Virus record (IMG/VR): IMGVR_UViG_3300008266_000006
Span: 1 to 64,000 of that record
DNA: 64,000 nucleotides
DNA from: a virus
Reading direction: 5' to 3' (one strand)
The notes under the pieces were generated by a model. It worked only from the letters and a program-made list of their open reading frames with translations, was not told where the DNA came from and did not search any database. Positions 30,784 to 41,368 of the stretch are shown here, piece after piece. A program made the translations under genes and the position numbers. Position 1 is the first letter of the stretch. The number at the start of each line of letters is the position of its first letter.

Positions 30784-31169
30784 GCGAAGATATAAGTTCT
30801 ATTTTAGGTCCCAAAGATGAAGTAAGTCTTCTTCGTGAACACGTTGAAGAACTTATACTAGCTTTAGCAAATAAATTTGAATCTCGTTTGCAAGACTCTG
30901 AAACTCATATAGAAATGCTAGAAAAGCAACTTGCTCAGATGATCGTCGGTTATGGCGAACAAGCAGTATTTATGGAAGCTTTAATTGCTCAAATAAACTT
31001 TGCTTCTCCTGAAGCTCAAAAAGCGTTTACTGCAAACGTTTCTGAGAATCGTAGAAAAATGTTTCAAGCTATGAAAGAAGGCGCACCTGGAATCCTGGGC
31101 CCAGAAAACGAAGACCTTGCCTCAGCCATTACAAACTTGGCTGATCAAAAGTTATCTGACTCCAACTAA
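30780..31169 (+). CDS. coiled-coil hypothetical protein
   Basis: ATGA overlap with the upstream gene. Confidence 0.7.
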   Translation: MSEDISSILGPKDEVSLLREHVEELILALANKFESRLQDSETHIEMLEKQLAQMIVGYGEQAVFMEALIAQINFASPEAQKAFTANVSENRRKMFQAMKEGAPGILGPENEDLASAITNLADQKLSDSN

Positions 31170-31366
31170 AAATAATTCTTCTTTATTATTAGTTCAACCA
31201 GATTATCTTCCATTAATTAATAATACATACTATCTTTCCCAAATATACCCTTTGGCAAGACAGGTGTATTCTGATTTATTATCCTTACACGTTACTGCCT
31301 CAACTTTGTATGATTTCATCAAAGATGAGACAATACTTTTTGAAGCTTTTGAATTGGAGTTATAAT

Positions 31367-32035
31367 ATGCTTAACGATTTTATTACCATGCGGGCTGCTT
31401 TAACGGATTATAATGTATTTTCTCAATACTATTTAAATCTTATACCAAATCCTGATCAACGGTTATTTAAATTAAATTCAGTTACTGCCTACTGGTTAAA
31501 GAACAAGCAGTTAAGTAATATTGAAAACTGGGATCAAACTACTATTCATTCTTTGACTGATGAGCAAGTTAATGAAGGTTCTCAGTTTATTTCTGACTTG
31601 AATCTTCCATTAGATTATAAGATTTATCCTGCTTCAAGAACTTCTTTCTTTAGAGAGTTTTTTAAAGTTTCACCAGTTCTTGCAAATGCTATTTATTCTG
31701 CAATGAACGATCAAGGTTTGATTATGGGAGTTGGTGCTGGCAGAGGCTATGCTACTTTGTTTAAACATCCTGTTTCTTTAACCGAAGATTATTATAAACA
31801 GTTTATTGTTTCTCACAATAGTGATGTTTATAGATATGCTGTTAATGAGTTATCTTTAACGCGCAAACCAGCTTCTATAACTTCTGCTTTAAATCACGCT
31901 GTTCTTACGCAAGAAGAAATTCAATATTATTTTTCTTATATGGCTGCTCAGCAAGCAGTTATTGAAGAACTGAATGATAAAGTTTTAACTCTTCAAAAAC
32001 AAAACTATATAAATACTCAGCTTACTTGGCGGTAA
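31367..32035 (+). CDS. hypothetical protein
   Basis: GGAG RBS before ATG 31367. Confidence 0.65.
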   Translation: MLNDFITMRAALTDYNVFSQYYLNLIPNPDQRLFKLNSVTAYWLKNKQLSNIENWDQTTIHSLTDEQVNEGSQFISDLNLPLDYKIYPASRTSFFREFFKVSPVLANAIYSAMNDQGLIMGVGAGRGYATLFKHPVSLTEDYYKQFIVSHNSDVYRYAVNELSLTRKPASITSALNHAVLTQEEIQYYFSYMAAQQAVIEELNDKVLTLQKQNYINTQLTWR

Positions 32036-32036
32036 C

Positions 32037-32645
32037 ATGAAACCTATAAATATATTTGATATTGATAATTATATTCAAGATTATCTACCTGTAGTGGAGT
32101 ATATAAATACCAAACAAGGCGCAATGCCTTACTGCTCTCACTTTACAAGTTCTAAGAATCCTATAGAGTATGCTTCTTCAGATTATGCTTTTGCTAATCT
32201 CCCAATTAAAAACAGTTGCAGTTCTTCTGACAGGCTTGCTCAAGTTTCTATGAATAGGATATGGACATGCCCAGATGCTAATGTACAAGTTTCATGCAGT
32301 TATTATCGTGCTGATGTATATAAAATATCTACTACATCTTTATTTGATGCAGTAGGTTCTGAAATTGTTTATGATTTAATTAAACTTAGGAATCAACACG
32401 GTTATACATATTTTATATACAATAAAACTCGCAAGAATATAACTCAGATTTATACAATTTCTTATGAAAATGATTTAATTGACGACAAGGCTATTGAAAT
32501 TTTTAAACAGCATTTGTCTGAGTCGTATGATTCTGTTTCTTCCTTTATTCCTGATTATGCTTTTAATGTAATTGAAAAAGATTTTTCAGTTCCACAAAAT
32601 CAAAAAGAGAATTCATTTCTTCTATCTTTAGTTTCTACTGAATAG
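32037..32645 (+). CDS. hypothetical protein
   Basis: 202-aa ORF in operon. Confidence 0.65.
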   Translation: MKPINIFDIDNYIQDYLPVVEYINTKQGAMPYCSHFTSSKNPIEYASSDYAFANLPIKNSCSSSDRLAQVSMNRIWTCPDANVQVSCSYYRADVYKISTTSLFDAVGSEIVYDLIKLRNQHGYTYFIYNKTRKNITQIYTISYENDLIDDKAIEIFKQHLSESYDSVSSFIPDYAFNVIEKDFSVPQNQKENSFLLSLVSTE

Positions 32646-32653
32646 GTATTTTT

Positions 32654-33994
32654 ATGGAAAATATAAGCCATATTAGTAAGTCAATGCACACGCTTATGGT
32701 TGATCCTTTTATGTTCAATTTAAATTGTTTTACTAAAACTTTATCTAGTAATTCAATAAATGATAACACTTACACTTACAATTTTCAGCTATATCCTGCT
32801 GACAAAACTTTTCTTCATAAATCCTATTCTTCTTTTGAGTATTCAAGTTCTTTAAACTCAAATAATGTTGATCTGCTTCCGATGGCTGTTAGGTATGCTG
32901 ATATTAAAAATAAAATTTATGTTATAGAACGACCACCTTTTCAAACTGATATAGATTTTTATCCTAATAAAAAAGTAAACGCTCGATTAGCAAATCATAT
33001 ACCAAATAAAAAAATTTGGATACCTTGGACTGTTTTTGTTGTTTCTTTAGGAGATTCTCCTGAAGAACTTAACGCAATGCTTTTCTTTAATGATAAGCCT
33101 TTAGAGTCATTTGATGACCGTGTTATTAAAGGTTATACTCCAAATTTGTTTGGTGACGCTAGAGTTTGTTTCGGTAATTCTTTGTTTACATTTAAACAAC
33201 GTATTGATCAAGGCGATATAAAATATAATATTTCAAACGTATATAATTATTTATTTAATGATTATTTTACCCAGTGGAATCCTGATATATCTCCAAACTA
33301 TTACTCTCTTTTTTATAATTATTTTAATCAAAACAAATTTATTGAAAGAGTTTTATCTTTAAAAAAATATCCTAAAGGAATTGAAGATTTTTCTTCATGG
33401 AATGCTCGTTCGGCTTCTACACCATGGATATATGTACTTTTCTTACTCAGTACAATGACCTATGAAGAAACAATGAGTCTTGTTTCTTATTTTAAGACTA
33501 CAGTTTTTCAAACTCACCATGTTAGGTATGTTGCTCTTTCTGAAATCATAACCCTTCGTATGCAAAAAAATTGTACTTTTAATTTTCAAGACAACAATTT
33601 TGATTTTAGTGAACGAGATTTCATTGGTCATTATTCTAACTATATGAGCGCTTTTAAGCATGCTATCCAACCATCCCATCGAAGTAAGAAAATTGACGTA
33701 CCTGTTATCGTTGCTTTTAAAGACTTTCCTGAAGATACAAACAAGTCAATTATAATCTCAGAAGATACTTACGCATACATTTATTCTTTTATTTTTGATA
33801 AGATAAATGAGGCTCTAAATGAATTGTCAAACACCCCAACATTAGAGCACGTTATCTTCAATAGCTCTGATGATTTTTATCATTTTTATTCTCGTTTTAC
33901 TAATTTTTTCTCCTATGGTTCTATTCACATAACCATTAATTATAATGATTATATGAATTTTATAGCTCAACCTTTAGAAGGTGTTTATGTCTAA
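32654..33994 (+). CDS. second E2 family D-like protein
   Basis: IWIPWTVF...YTPNLFGDARVCFG. Confidence 0.55.
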   Translation: MENISHISKSMHTLMVDPFMFNLNCFTKTLSSNSINDNTYTYNFQLYPADKTFLHKSYSSFEYSSSLNSNNVDLLPMAVRYADIKNKIYVIERPPFQTDIDFYPNKKVNARLANHIPNKKIWIPWTVFVVSLGDSPEELNAMLFFNDKPLESFDDRVIKGYTPNLFGDARVCFGNSLFTFKQRIDQGDIKYNISNVYNYLFNDYFTQWNPDISPNYYSLFYNYFNQNKFIERVLSLKKYPKGIEDFSSWNARSASTPWIYVLFLLSTMTYEETMSLVSYFKTTVFQTHHVRYVALSEIITLRMQKNCTFNFQDNNFDFSERDFIGHYSNYMSAFKHAIQPSHRSKKIDVPVIVAFKDFPEDTNKSIIISEDTYAYIYSFIFDKINEALNELSNTPTLEHVIFNSSDDFYHFYSRFTNFFSYGSIHITINYNDYMNFIAQPLEGVYV

Positions 33995-35348
33995 AATAAT
34001 TCAAACTATTTTGTCTAAGAATTATATATCTGATTTGTCTCCCAAACTTGCAGAAGGATTAGGAAAGAAAGTAAAATCTAGAAATCCTCTTATTAATCCT
34101 CTTATTAATTTAGGAGAAAAAAAAGCTTATTTTGAACATTACACAAGCCATATTGAACCAAGTGCTGTTCAAAGCAGTTTTTCTACTTATGAAGATTATA
34201 TTATTGATTCAAATTATTATTTAAGTATGGCTACAAATAATTCTGCTTATTACGCAGATAAGAATTTTCATAACATTCAAGACCATTGGAAAAAGTTATT
34301 TAAAATTCCTTTTGATATTAATGTTGGTGAAGATAAAGACGAACAAATTTCTAATTCAATAATTTTTCCTGGTGTTCGTCACATTGAAAGCAACATGATC
34401 ATATTTGAAATGCCGCCAGCTTATCGTCATGTTTCTTACCAGCATGCTTATAGGGATAATGCTAGCGGCACATCTTACAGGAAATATTATATTCCTGTTC
34501 CTTGGCAAGTGTATGTAGCTACATTTTCAAATGATATGAAATTAGTTGATGTTCAAATGTATTTTTCTAAAACATCTCTTTATTCGATGGATCAAAAACT
34601 ATATTCTCCACCGCTTTTAAACTTTTATGGCAGTGGTCTTTTATGTCGTCCATTCTTTGAATCTTTAGAAGATGTTGAAAAATATCCAAAAACCATATCA
34701 GGAATTATTTCTTCTGCTTTTGATTGGGTTTGGAACACTGGTTTTAATTGGGATATAACAGAGCCAATTTCACAGTACTTACATTCAAGATTTTATGAAT
34801 CAATGCAGCCTTTTGTTGATCGTAAAACTTATGAATCTTTAGTTCCATATTTTCACGGCTCTGCTCCACACACAAATGCTCAAGTTCATAGCGTTGATGC
34901 TATGTTTACACTTTGGCAAAATGTACCATTAGAAAATGTTCTTGATCTTGACTGGATTGCATTTTGTATATATTCTGATTTCTATTATCAATCAATAGAG
35001 CTTTATTTGAGTAATCATTTTTCTCAAGATTTTAACCAATATATTGAAGATAATAATATTGATTTAATTTCTGAAGATGAAGTAGAAGATGAAGAACAAG
35101 CCGAGTCTAGAGAGCACGATATTCAGTCAATACTTCAGTCTACTCAATTCCATTCATTTATGGCTCCTAAGTTAAATAATTTTAATTCTACTTTAAAACA
35201 CGCTTATGATATTGCTGATCGTAGACTTCATTCTTATAGGTTAAAACCAACAAATAATTATTCTTTTTTTACTAAAAAATCTTATCAAACTGACGCTTTT
35301 ACTAAACACCTTGACGCTAAAATATTAGAGATTACTTCTTCAGTTTGA
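33987..35348 (+). CDS. third E2 family D-like protein
   Basis: YIPVPWQVY...LYSPPLLNFYGSGLLCRP. Confidence 0.55.
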   Translation: MSKIIQTILSKNYISDLSPKLAEGLGKKVKSRNPLINPLINLGEKKAYFEHYTSHIEPSAVQSSFSTYEDYIIDSNYYLSMATNNSAYYADKNFHNIQDHWKKLFKIPFDINVGEDKDEQISNSIIFPGVRHIESNMIIFEMPPAYRHVSYQHAYRDNASGTSYRKYYIPVPWQVYVATFSNDMKLVDVQMYFSKTSLYSMDQKLYSPPLLNFYGSGLLCRPFFESLEDVEKYPKTISGIISSAFDWVWNTGFNWDITEPISQYLHSRFYESMQPFVDRKTYESLVPYFHGSAPHTNAQVHSVDAMFTLWQNVPLENVLDLDWIAFCIYSDFYYQSIELYLSNHFSQDFNQYIEDNNIDLISEDEVEDEEQAESREHDIQSILQSTQFHSFMAPKLNNFNSTLKHAYDIADRRLHSYRLKPTNNYSFFTKKSYQTDAFTKHLDAKILEITSSV

Positions 35349-35407
35349 TTGACTTTAATAGGTTTATATGATATTATACTTATATAAACTTTAAAAAAGG
35401 TGGATAA

Positions 35408-35725
35408 ATGCCTAAAAGTAAATCAGCTATCCCTGCTTTCAATAGATCAGAGGTAGCCAAAATCCTTAATGTTTCAACACTTACTGTTGCTAACCGTGAA
35501 AACTCTAAAAGATATCCTAGCCCTAAAAGAGATTTAAATAACTATCGTATTTATACAATAAATGATGTTTTAAATCTTCAACTCATCACATACAATATGA
35601 TAGATCCTAAGCCTATTATATCTGTTTTGTATGATAAAGGCTATAAAGATACAAAGCTTTTAGCTGAAATTATTGACGAAGCAATGTCTAACAGAGTTGG
35701 TGCAAATGTCACAAAACGAAAATAA
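35408..35725 (+). CDS. MerR-like HTH protein
   Basis: SEVAKILNVSTLTVANRE...PKRDLNNYRIY. Confidence 0.8.
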   Translation: MPKSKSAIPAFNRSEVAKILNVSTLTVANRENSKRYPSPKRDLNNYRIYTINDVLNLQLITYNMIDPKPIISVLYDKGYKDTKLLAEIIDEAMSNRVGANVTKRK

Positions 35726-35947
35726 CGAAGACATACCGCTTGTTGAAGAAGTAAGCGATTATGTTCCTACTGATGTCATAGTAGATCTAAAGTCTGGCAT
35801 ATATAATCTGTTTGTTTCTTTGCTAAACAACCTTATGTTACACTATGGCCCTATTGAAGCAGTTATACAAGCAACTGCTTTTATAGACCAAATATCAAAT
35901 ACATTTAAAGATACACTACCTAAAGAGAAAAATGAGGAGCAATAAAA

Positions 35948-36385
35948 ATGATAGACCCAAAGAACACAGTATCACTTACTGCAGGTGTAATTGCAGATCC
36001 AGAACTTGTTGCTAATGGCAACATCGCTAAATTGCGTATAGCTGTTGATTACGCTGGAAGCGAAAAAGGTTCTGGTATGAGCTCTGGTTACTTTGATGTT
36101 GTTTATTATCTCAAAGATGGCAATGATTTTGCAACCAAGAACGCTGCATTTATATCTAAGCAGATTAATGAAGCTAAGATGAAGAAAGGCGCACAGATTC
36201 AAATCCTTGGCAGACTTGTTCAAGAGCGTTGGCAGCAAGATAACCAGAATCGTTCTAAGGTAGTTATCGTTGCTGAAGCGATTACTTACGCTGGTTCTGC
36301 TTATCAGAAGAATTCTAACTCATCTTCAGATGCTTCTGCTCCAAAGGCAGCTACATCATCAAATTCAGTTCCAGATGAATTCTGA
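35948..36385 (+). CDS. ssb: single-stranded DNA-binding protein
   Basis: OB-fold pattern G-x-IADPEL, KGAQIQILGRL-x-QERW; tail VPDEF. Confidence 0.88.
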   Translation: MIDPKNTVSLTAGVIADPELVANGNIAKLRIAVDYAGSEKGSGMSSGYFDVVYYLKDGNDFATKNAAFISKQINEAKMKKGAQIQILGRLVQERWQQDNQNRSKVVIVAEAITYAGSAYQKNSNSSSDASAPKAATSSNSVPDEF

Positions 36386-37121
36386 TTTTGATCCTACTCA
36401 ACTTGATGAGATCATATCAAATGCGCTAGATGATTCCGTTATCCCAATTGATCGTAAATTCGGTCAGTTGGGATATATGGAGTCTCAAGTAATTGAATCT
36501 ATATTTACAGCTTTTGAAGATAGAATTGGCCAAACTGATCTTATCTCTATAATAAAAGATTCTAGAATTCCAGCATTATCTACGCAAAACAATTTTAAAA
36601 TCACAGATTTACACACCATAACTCACAATTGCAAAAAGTGTCAAAAACAGATATCTGTAGATCCACAACTTCCTAAGTGGAATGTAACAAATCCTGATGT
36701 TGTGTTTATTATGGATAGTCCTTCATTAAATCAACAAGCTTCTGCATTATTTATTTCTGCATTAAAGTCTGCTGGTTTTAGTTCTGAAAAAGTATGTTTA
36801 ACATATCTAGTTAGATGCCCTGTTAATTCAAATTCTTTTGATCAGACTATTATTGATACCTGCAGTCCTTACTTGCATCAAGAGATTCAAATAATGAATC
36901 CTAAGCTTATTATACCTGTCGGCAATAACGTCCTTAAAACATTTTTTGGGCCAGACGCCGCAATTAAAACTTATAAAGGAAAGATTACTTGGCTGGGATC
37001 TTGGCCAATATTTCCAGTATATTCTTTATTGTATATTCTAAAAGCCGGAGCTTCTGCTGAAGAAGTTTTTCAAGCAGATATGCTCCAAGCGTACCAATTT
37101 TGCTACAGTAAAGGTAGTTAA
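36375..37121 (+). CDS. uracil-DNA glycosylase family 4-like protein (degenerate catalytic motifs)
   Basis: CKKC, YLVRC, TCSPYL, EIQIMNPKLIIPVG. Confidence 0.7.
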   Translation: MNSDFDPTQLDEIISNALDDSVIPIDRKFGQLGYMESQVIESIFTAFEDRIGQTDLISIIKDSRIPALSTQNNFKITDLHTITHNCKKCQKQISVDPQLPKWNVTNPDVVFIMDSPSLNQQASALFISALKSAGFSSEKVCLTYLVRCPVNSNSFDQTIIDTCSPYLHQEIQIMNPKLIIPVGNNVLKTFFGPDAAIKTYKGKITWLGSWPIFPVYSLLYILKAGASAEEVFQADMLQAYQFCYSKGS

Positions 37122-37126
37122 TTATT

Positions 37127-37504
37127 ATGACAGAGATATTAGATCAAGAACAATTATTAAGATTTAGAGAACTGGTTATTGATGATGTAAAGGATTCTTC
37201 TAGTCAAGATATCTTTGAATATTTGCATCAATCTCCTGATCTTTGGCTTTATACTTTGCAGACTTTGAGACGAGAAGTTGAGCTTCAACTATCGTGTCAA
37301 AATGCAAAGAATAAAATGGATATTTATCAACTTTCAGCTTCTAACGAAGCAACTGATGAATATCTTAGAGAAAATCAAATAATTGACTTGAAGGTTAAAC
37401 ATCATAAATGGCGTATGTCTGTTTTAAAGTTTTTAGCTAATATTGAAAACAAAACACTATATGTCAAAATGTTTTTATCTAACAAACAAATAACAAACAC
37501 ATAA
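37127..37504 (+). CDS. hypothetical protein
   Basis: 125-aa ORF in operon. Confidence 0.65.
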   Translation: MTEILDQEQLLRFRELVIDDVKDSSSQDIFEYLHQSPDLWLYTLQTLRREVELQLSCQNAKNKMDIYQLSASNEATDEYLRENQIIDLKVKHHKWRMSVLKFLANIENKTLYVKMFLSNKQITNT

Positions 37505-37613
37505 GGTAGGTTATGGATCCTTTTGTAGCAGCAGCAATACTAACTGCTTTTGGTGCTATAATTGTAGCCATCATTGAAGGCCTATTTAGCTTATTTGTAT
37601 CGGAATAAATATA

Positions 37614-38054
37614 GTGAACAAAACCATTCTTACCGTTGAAAATATTTCTGATTTAGAAGCCACTTGGTATGAAGAAGATTCATATGGTTTTTTATTGGAA
37701 AATCAATTCGGTGATTGGTATATTTATGATTCTGATAAAATTGGGCTAGATGCCACAAAGGCACTAGCTAATAATTTTATGGCATTTCATGGCACTGTTT
37801 ATTTTCCTCAAAAAAATGAGCTTATTGAAACTTTTTGGACCTCAATTCCACTTGGTGTGTTTAGGTATAAAATGCTTTCTAATGGGCTACCGTATTTAGT
37901 TGATTCATATAAAGATATTCCTGGATACATAGTTGAAGGAGTTTATTGGGTTAATGGCTTTGTTTATCTTGTTAAAGATAACGATTCTATTATCCAAATA
38001 AAACTCTTTATAGATACTAAAACTAAAAATATTCAATTATATCCTGATGTATAA
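37614..38054 (+). CDS. hypothetical protein
   Basis: 146-aa ORF. Confidence 0.6.
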   Translation: MNKTILTVENISDLEATWYEEDSYGFLLENQFGDWYIYDSDKIGLDATKALANNFMAFHGTVYFPQKNELIETFWTSIPLGVFRYKMLSNGLPYLVDSYKDIPGYIVEGVYWVNGFVYLVKDNDSIIQIKLFIDTKTKNIQLYPDV

Positions 38055-38067
38055 TTGTCTAGTATAT

Positions 38068-38141
38068 GCGTCGGTAGCTCAATCGGATAGAGCAACAGAC
38101 TTCTAATCTGTAGGTTGCAGGTTCGATTCCTGCCCGACGCG
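38068..38141 (+). tRNA. tRNA-Arg(TCT)
   Basis: ACAGA-CT-TCT-AA-TCTGT cloverleaf. Confidence 0.93.
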
Positions 38142-38294
38142 CTTAATACATATCCTTACCAACTATTAGGAAGGATGCCATGGCACGTTCTGTTATTGTG
38201 CTACACTTATTGCTTATTCTTATCAAGTTCTTATTAATGATATTTGAAAAGAAAGAACCACAAATTTTTGATGAGTATCACGAGGAATTTAAAT

Positions 38295-38561
38295 ATGTTG
38301 CAGAATTCTGATATGCGGGTTGAGACCCATTCGCCATTGGACAGTTCTTTTATTATTAAAATGTCTTGGTTTGAAGACGGCAATATATTAATGCTTACGT
38401 TTACTACTGGCTCTATTTGGGCATACTATGATGTTCCATTTGAAATATATAGCGGCTTTTGTAAAGCAAAGTCTTACGGTGGATATTTTAATTCTAATAT
38501 AAGAAATGTTTATACTGCTGAAAGAGTCAATTACGTTAAAGTTAATTTAATTGAGGTATAA
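38295..38561 (+). CDS. KTSC domain protein
   Basis: SS-x-I...F-x-x-GS-x-W-x-YYDVP...A-x-SYG-x-YFN-x-x-IR. Confidence 0.8.
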   Translation: MLQNSDMRVETHSPLDSSFIIKMSWFEDGNILMLTFTTGSIWAYYDVPFEIYSGFCKAKSYGGYFNSNIRNVYTAERVNYVKVNLIEV

Positions 38562-38702
38562 TGTCTAGGAAGAAAAAGAAAAATAAAAAGCTTGCTGCTT
38601 ATAAGCAAAAACAGGCTTATTATGATTCTGTATGGCTTCCAGCCAAATCTAAAGACATTAAAGAAATTGCTTTTAAAGTATTTGGATCAACATATTTTAC
38701 TG

Positions 38703-38733
38703 TTGACTCAAATAACTAAATTTGTGTTATAAT
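38703..38733 (+). promoter_or_regulatory. sigma70-type promoter, leaderless
   Basis: TTGACT...TG-T-TATAAT, 6 nt before ATG 38740. Confidence 0.7.
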
Positions 38734-38739
38734 GTATTT

Positions 38740-39348
38740 ATGACTACGATAGTTGCTATTCAAGGGGACGGTTTTGCCCTTATTTGTTCTGATTCTCGTA
38801 TATCAGACATGGATGGTGATGGCTATGCTTCTCAGGTCAGCACTTTGAGAGAAGGCACTTCTAAGGTTGCTTCTAACGGAAAATACCTTCTTGGTGCTGC
38901 TGGAGATCTTAGAGCTATAAACTTACTGCATCATGCTTTTGTTCCTCCTCCAGCTCCTGCTGGAATAAAAGGAAAGAAGTTAGATCAGTTCTTTACTGTT
39001 AAGTTTATTCCGGCATTAAGAGAATGCTTTGAAGCACATGGCTATGCCACGCCTGATAAAGATGAAAAACGTCATATGGCAGAACATGAATCAATTGTTA
39101 TAGCTTCTATATCTGGCCAAATTTATATAGTTGACGGTGATTACTCTTGGCTTTCAGATACTTCTGGTGTCTATGCCCTTGGTAGTGGGTCTTCTTATGC
39201 CCTCGGTGCTCTTACTGCTTTGCTTCCTAAAGCTCCAATAACAGTCCAAGTAGCTAAGAAGATTGCCCTTAAAGCTATGAGCATTGCCGCTAGATTTGAT
39301 TCTTATACAGGAGCCCCATTTCATACTTTTGTACAAGAGCAGAAATAG
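38740..39348 (+). CDS. proteasome-beta / HslV-like Ntn protease
   Basis: M-TTIVAI (Thr1), SDSR, K-V, GAAGD, ALGSGS, D-x-YTG. Confidence 0.85.
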   Translation: MTTIVAIQGDGFALICSDSRISDMDGDGYASQVSTLREGTSKVASNGKYLLGAAGDLRAINLLHHAFVPPPAPAGIKGKKLDQFFTVKFIPALRECFEAHGYATPDKDEKRHMAEHESIVIASISGQIYIVDGDYSWLSDTSGVYALGSGSSYALGALTALLPKAPITVQVAKKIALKAMSIAARFDSYTGAPFHTFVQEQK

Positions 39349-39403
39349 TTATTTTTTATGCTATGCTCTTACATATAATTAGTATCATATTTTGGAGAGT
39401 GTA

Positions 39404-39784
39404 ATGGCTAGAGAAAAAATACAATGTCAGTTGTGCAAAAACACTTGGTCACGGAATCGTTCACGTGGTAGAAAGCCACGCTTCTGTCCTGGCTGCATAA
39501 AGAAGAATGCCGTTCAAGTTATGAGCACCAAAGATTATATTGATGAAGTTGATGATTCAGAAGAAATTGAATCGATTGACGATATTATTGATAATACTCC
39601 CAACGAAAAATTAAATCCTAAAAATAAACTTCAATGGGTATGCCCTAAGTGTTCTTCTCAACTAACCACATATGTTCGTTTGAGTGAACCTCCAGTTTGC
39701 AATAATCCATCTTCTCATACATCTAAGTATGTTGAAATGGTTTTAAATATTCGGAAAGAAGAAAAAATAGCTATTTATGCGTAA
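39404..39784 (+). CDS. zinc-ribbon protein
   Basis: CQLC...RGRKP..CPGC; CPKC...C...H. Confidence 0.65.
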   Translation: MAREKIQCQLCKNTWSRNRSRGRKPRFCPGCIKKNAVQVMSTKDYIDEVDDSEEIESIDDIIDNTPNEKLNPKNKLQWVCPKCSSQLTTYVRLSEPPVCNNPSSHTSKYVEMVLNIRKEEKIAIYA

Positions 39785-40393
39785 AGAGATTTTGTGAAAA
39801 TATCTCCAGATATTTCATACGAAGACTTTCTTGCTTTAGTTGATAAGTATCACCAATCAATTAAAACAAACAGATATGGTCAAACTTATTTTTTGGTTTT
39901 AAGTTCTGCAAAACCTCAACTAGCTGAGCTTTTAAAAGGGTCACTTCATGATCCTTTTCATAAAGATACTATTTCTGAACAAACTCATCAATATGTAAAA
40001 TCTAAGTGGATTTCAAATGGATGAAGAAGTTATACCTTGTGGGTATTTTGAATGTGACGTCCATATTGTAAGACCTGGAAAATCCCAGTGTTCTCATGAA
40101 AATACTTCTGTTTGTGGTATGAACTATTATAATTTTCCTTCTAACATGGATAAAACTATAATTTCTAAAATGGATATGAAAACATTTCGTGAGATTAAAG
40201 ATTTAGAATATCAAATTCAACAATTAAAAGACGATCTTAAAGAAGCTGACTTTTGTATAGATTATTTGCAAGGTAAAGTTCTTTTACGTGACAATGAAAT
40301 TATTGCACTTCGCAATAAGATTCAAGATTTGCAAAAGTAATTAATATATTGTTGCTCAATTATGTGATACAATTTTTTATCACTAACGTACTT

Positions 40394-40468
40394 GCCCGTT
40401 TAGCTCAGTGGTAGAGCTCCGCACTTGTAATGCGGTGGTCCTCGGTTCAATCCCGAGAGCGGGCTCCA
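40394..40468 (+). tRNA. tRNA-Thr(TGT)
   Basis: CCGCA-CT-TGT-AA-TGCGG, encoded CCA. Confidence 0.93.
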
Positions 40469-40510
40469 TTATTGCATTTTTTTGTTTATACAAAAAATAA
40501 CTATTTTAAA

Positions 40511-41361
40511 AGTTTTTTATTTTAGAACCTAAAAACAGATATTAGAAAGCTGATATAATATATCTATGAAAATTAATCATTTAGGTAATGGAATTGTCGT
40601 ATTTGAAGATTTATTATCAAAAGACGAACTTAATGAAATTAATTTGGCTTCAATTGAAAAAAGTATTGAACCTCAAGGTTATAAAAAAGTAGAAGAAAAA
40701 ACTTTTATGGAAGGTGGTCACCACATCCCTGAAGAAGATGTTCCTACAATGCCAGTAAGATACATTAAAGATATTCAATCTTTACCTTTTGTTCAAAACA
40801 TAAACCACGCTATGCATCGAGCTGCAGTTGAATATTGTAAGTTATTTCCTGTAGCAGCAGAGTGCATCACAGACTATAGCGGCATGCATTTTGTTAAGTA
40901 TTTACCCAAAGGAGTTATGGGCCCTCATTCTGATGTTGCTTTAGGCTATAAGCCAAACAGTGTTGAGGCTACATCTACAGTAGCTATAGGAAATACTTTA
41001 ACTGCGTCATTATTATTAAACGATGAATTCACTGGTGGTGGTATTTATTTCAATAACTGGGATATAGAAGTCCATCCAAAGGCTGGTTCAGCTTTATTTT
41101 ATCCTTCTAATTATATTGGTGCCCATGAGGTGCGTCAAATAACTTCTGGATTTCGTTGGATATATTTGGCTTTTTATTCTCATGGTGATCGTACTTACGT
41201 CAGTACAAATTCAAATAATCATTACGCACAGCGTTATGAATGGACAAATAATTTTAGAGATCAAATACGTAAAAAGTTTTCTACAAAACAAGAAAATTTA
41301 AATCATCTACAAAAAAAAGTAGAAAATGGTTATCAATAGTTTTTTATTTTAGAACCTAAAA
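40511..41361 (+). repeat. 24-bp direct repeats flanking an oxygenase cassette
   Basis: AGTTTTTTATTTTAGAACCTAAAA at 40511-40534 and 41338-41361. Confidence 0.8.
40566..41339 (+). CDS. 2OG-Fe(II) oxygenase (prolyl-4-hydroxylase-like)
   Basis: HSD, LNDEFTGG, FYPS, HEV, G-x-R. Confidence 0.88.
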   Translation: MKINHLGNGIVVFEDLLSKDELNEINLASIEKSIEPQGYKKVEEKTFMEGGHHIPEEDVPTMPVRYIKDIQSLPFVQNINHAMHRAAVEYCKLFPVAAECITDYSGMHFVKYLPKGVMGPHSDVALGYKPNSVEATSTVAIGNTLTASLLLNDEFTGGGIYFNNWDIEVHPKAGSALFYPSNYIGAHEVRQITSGFRWIYLAFYSHGDRTYVSTNSNNHYAQRYEWTNNFRDQIRKKFSTKQENLNHLQKKVENGYQ

Positions 41362-41368
41362 CTAGTTT

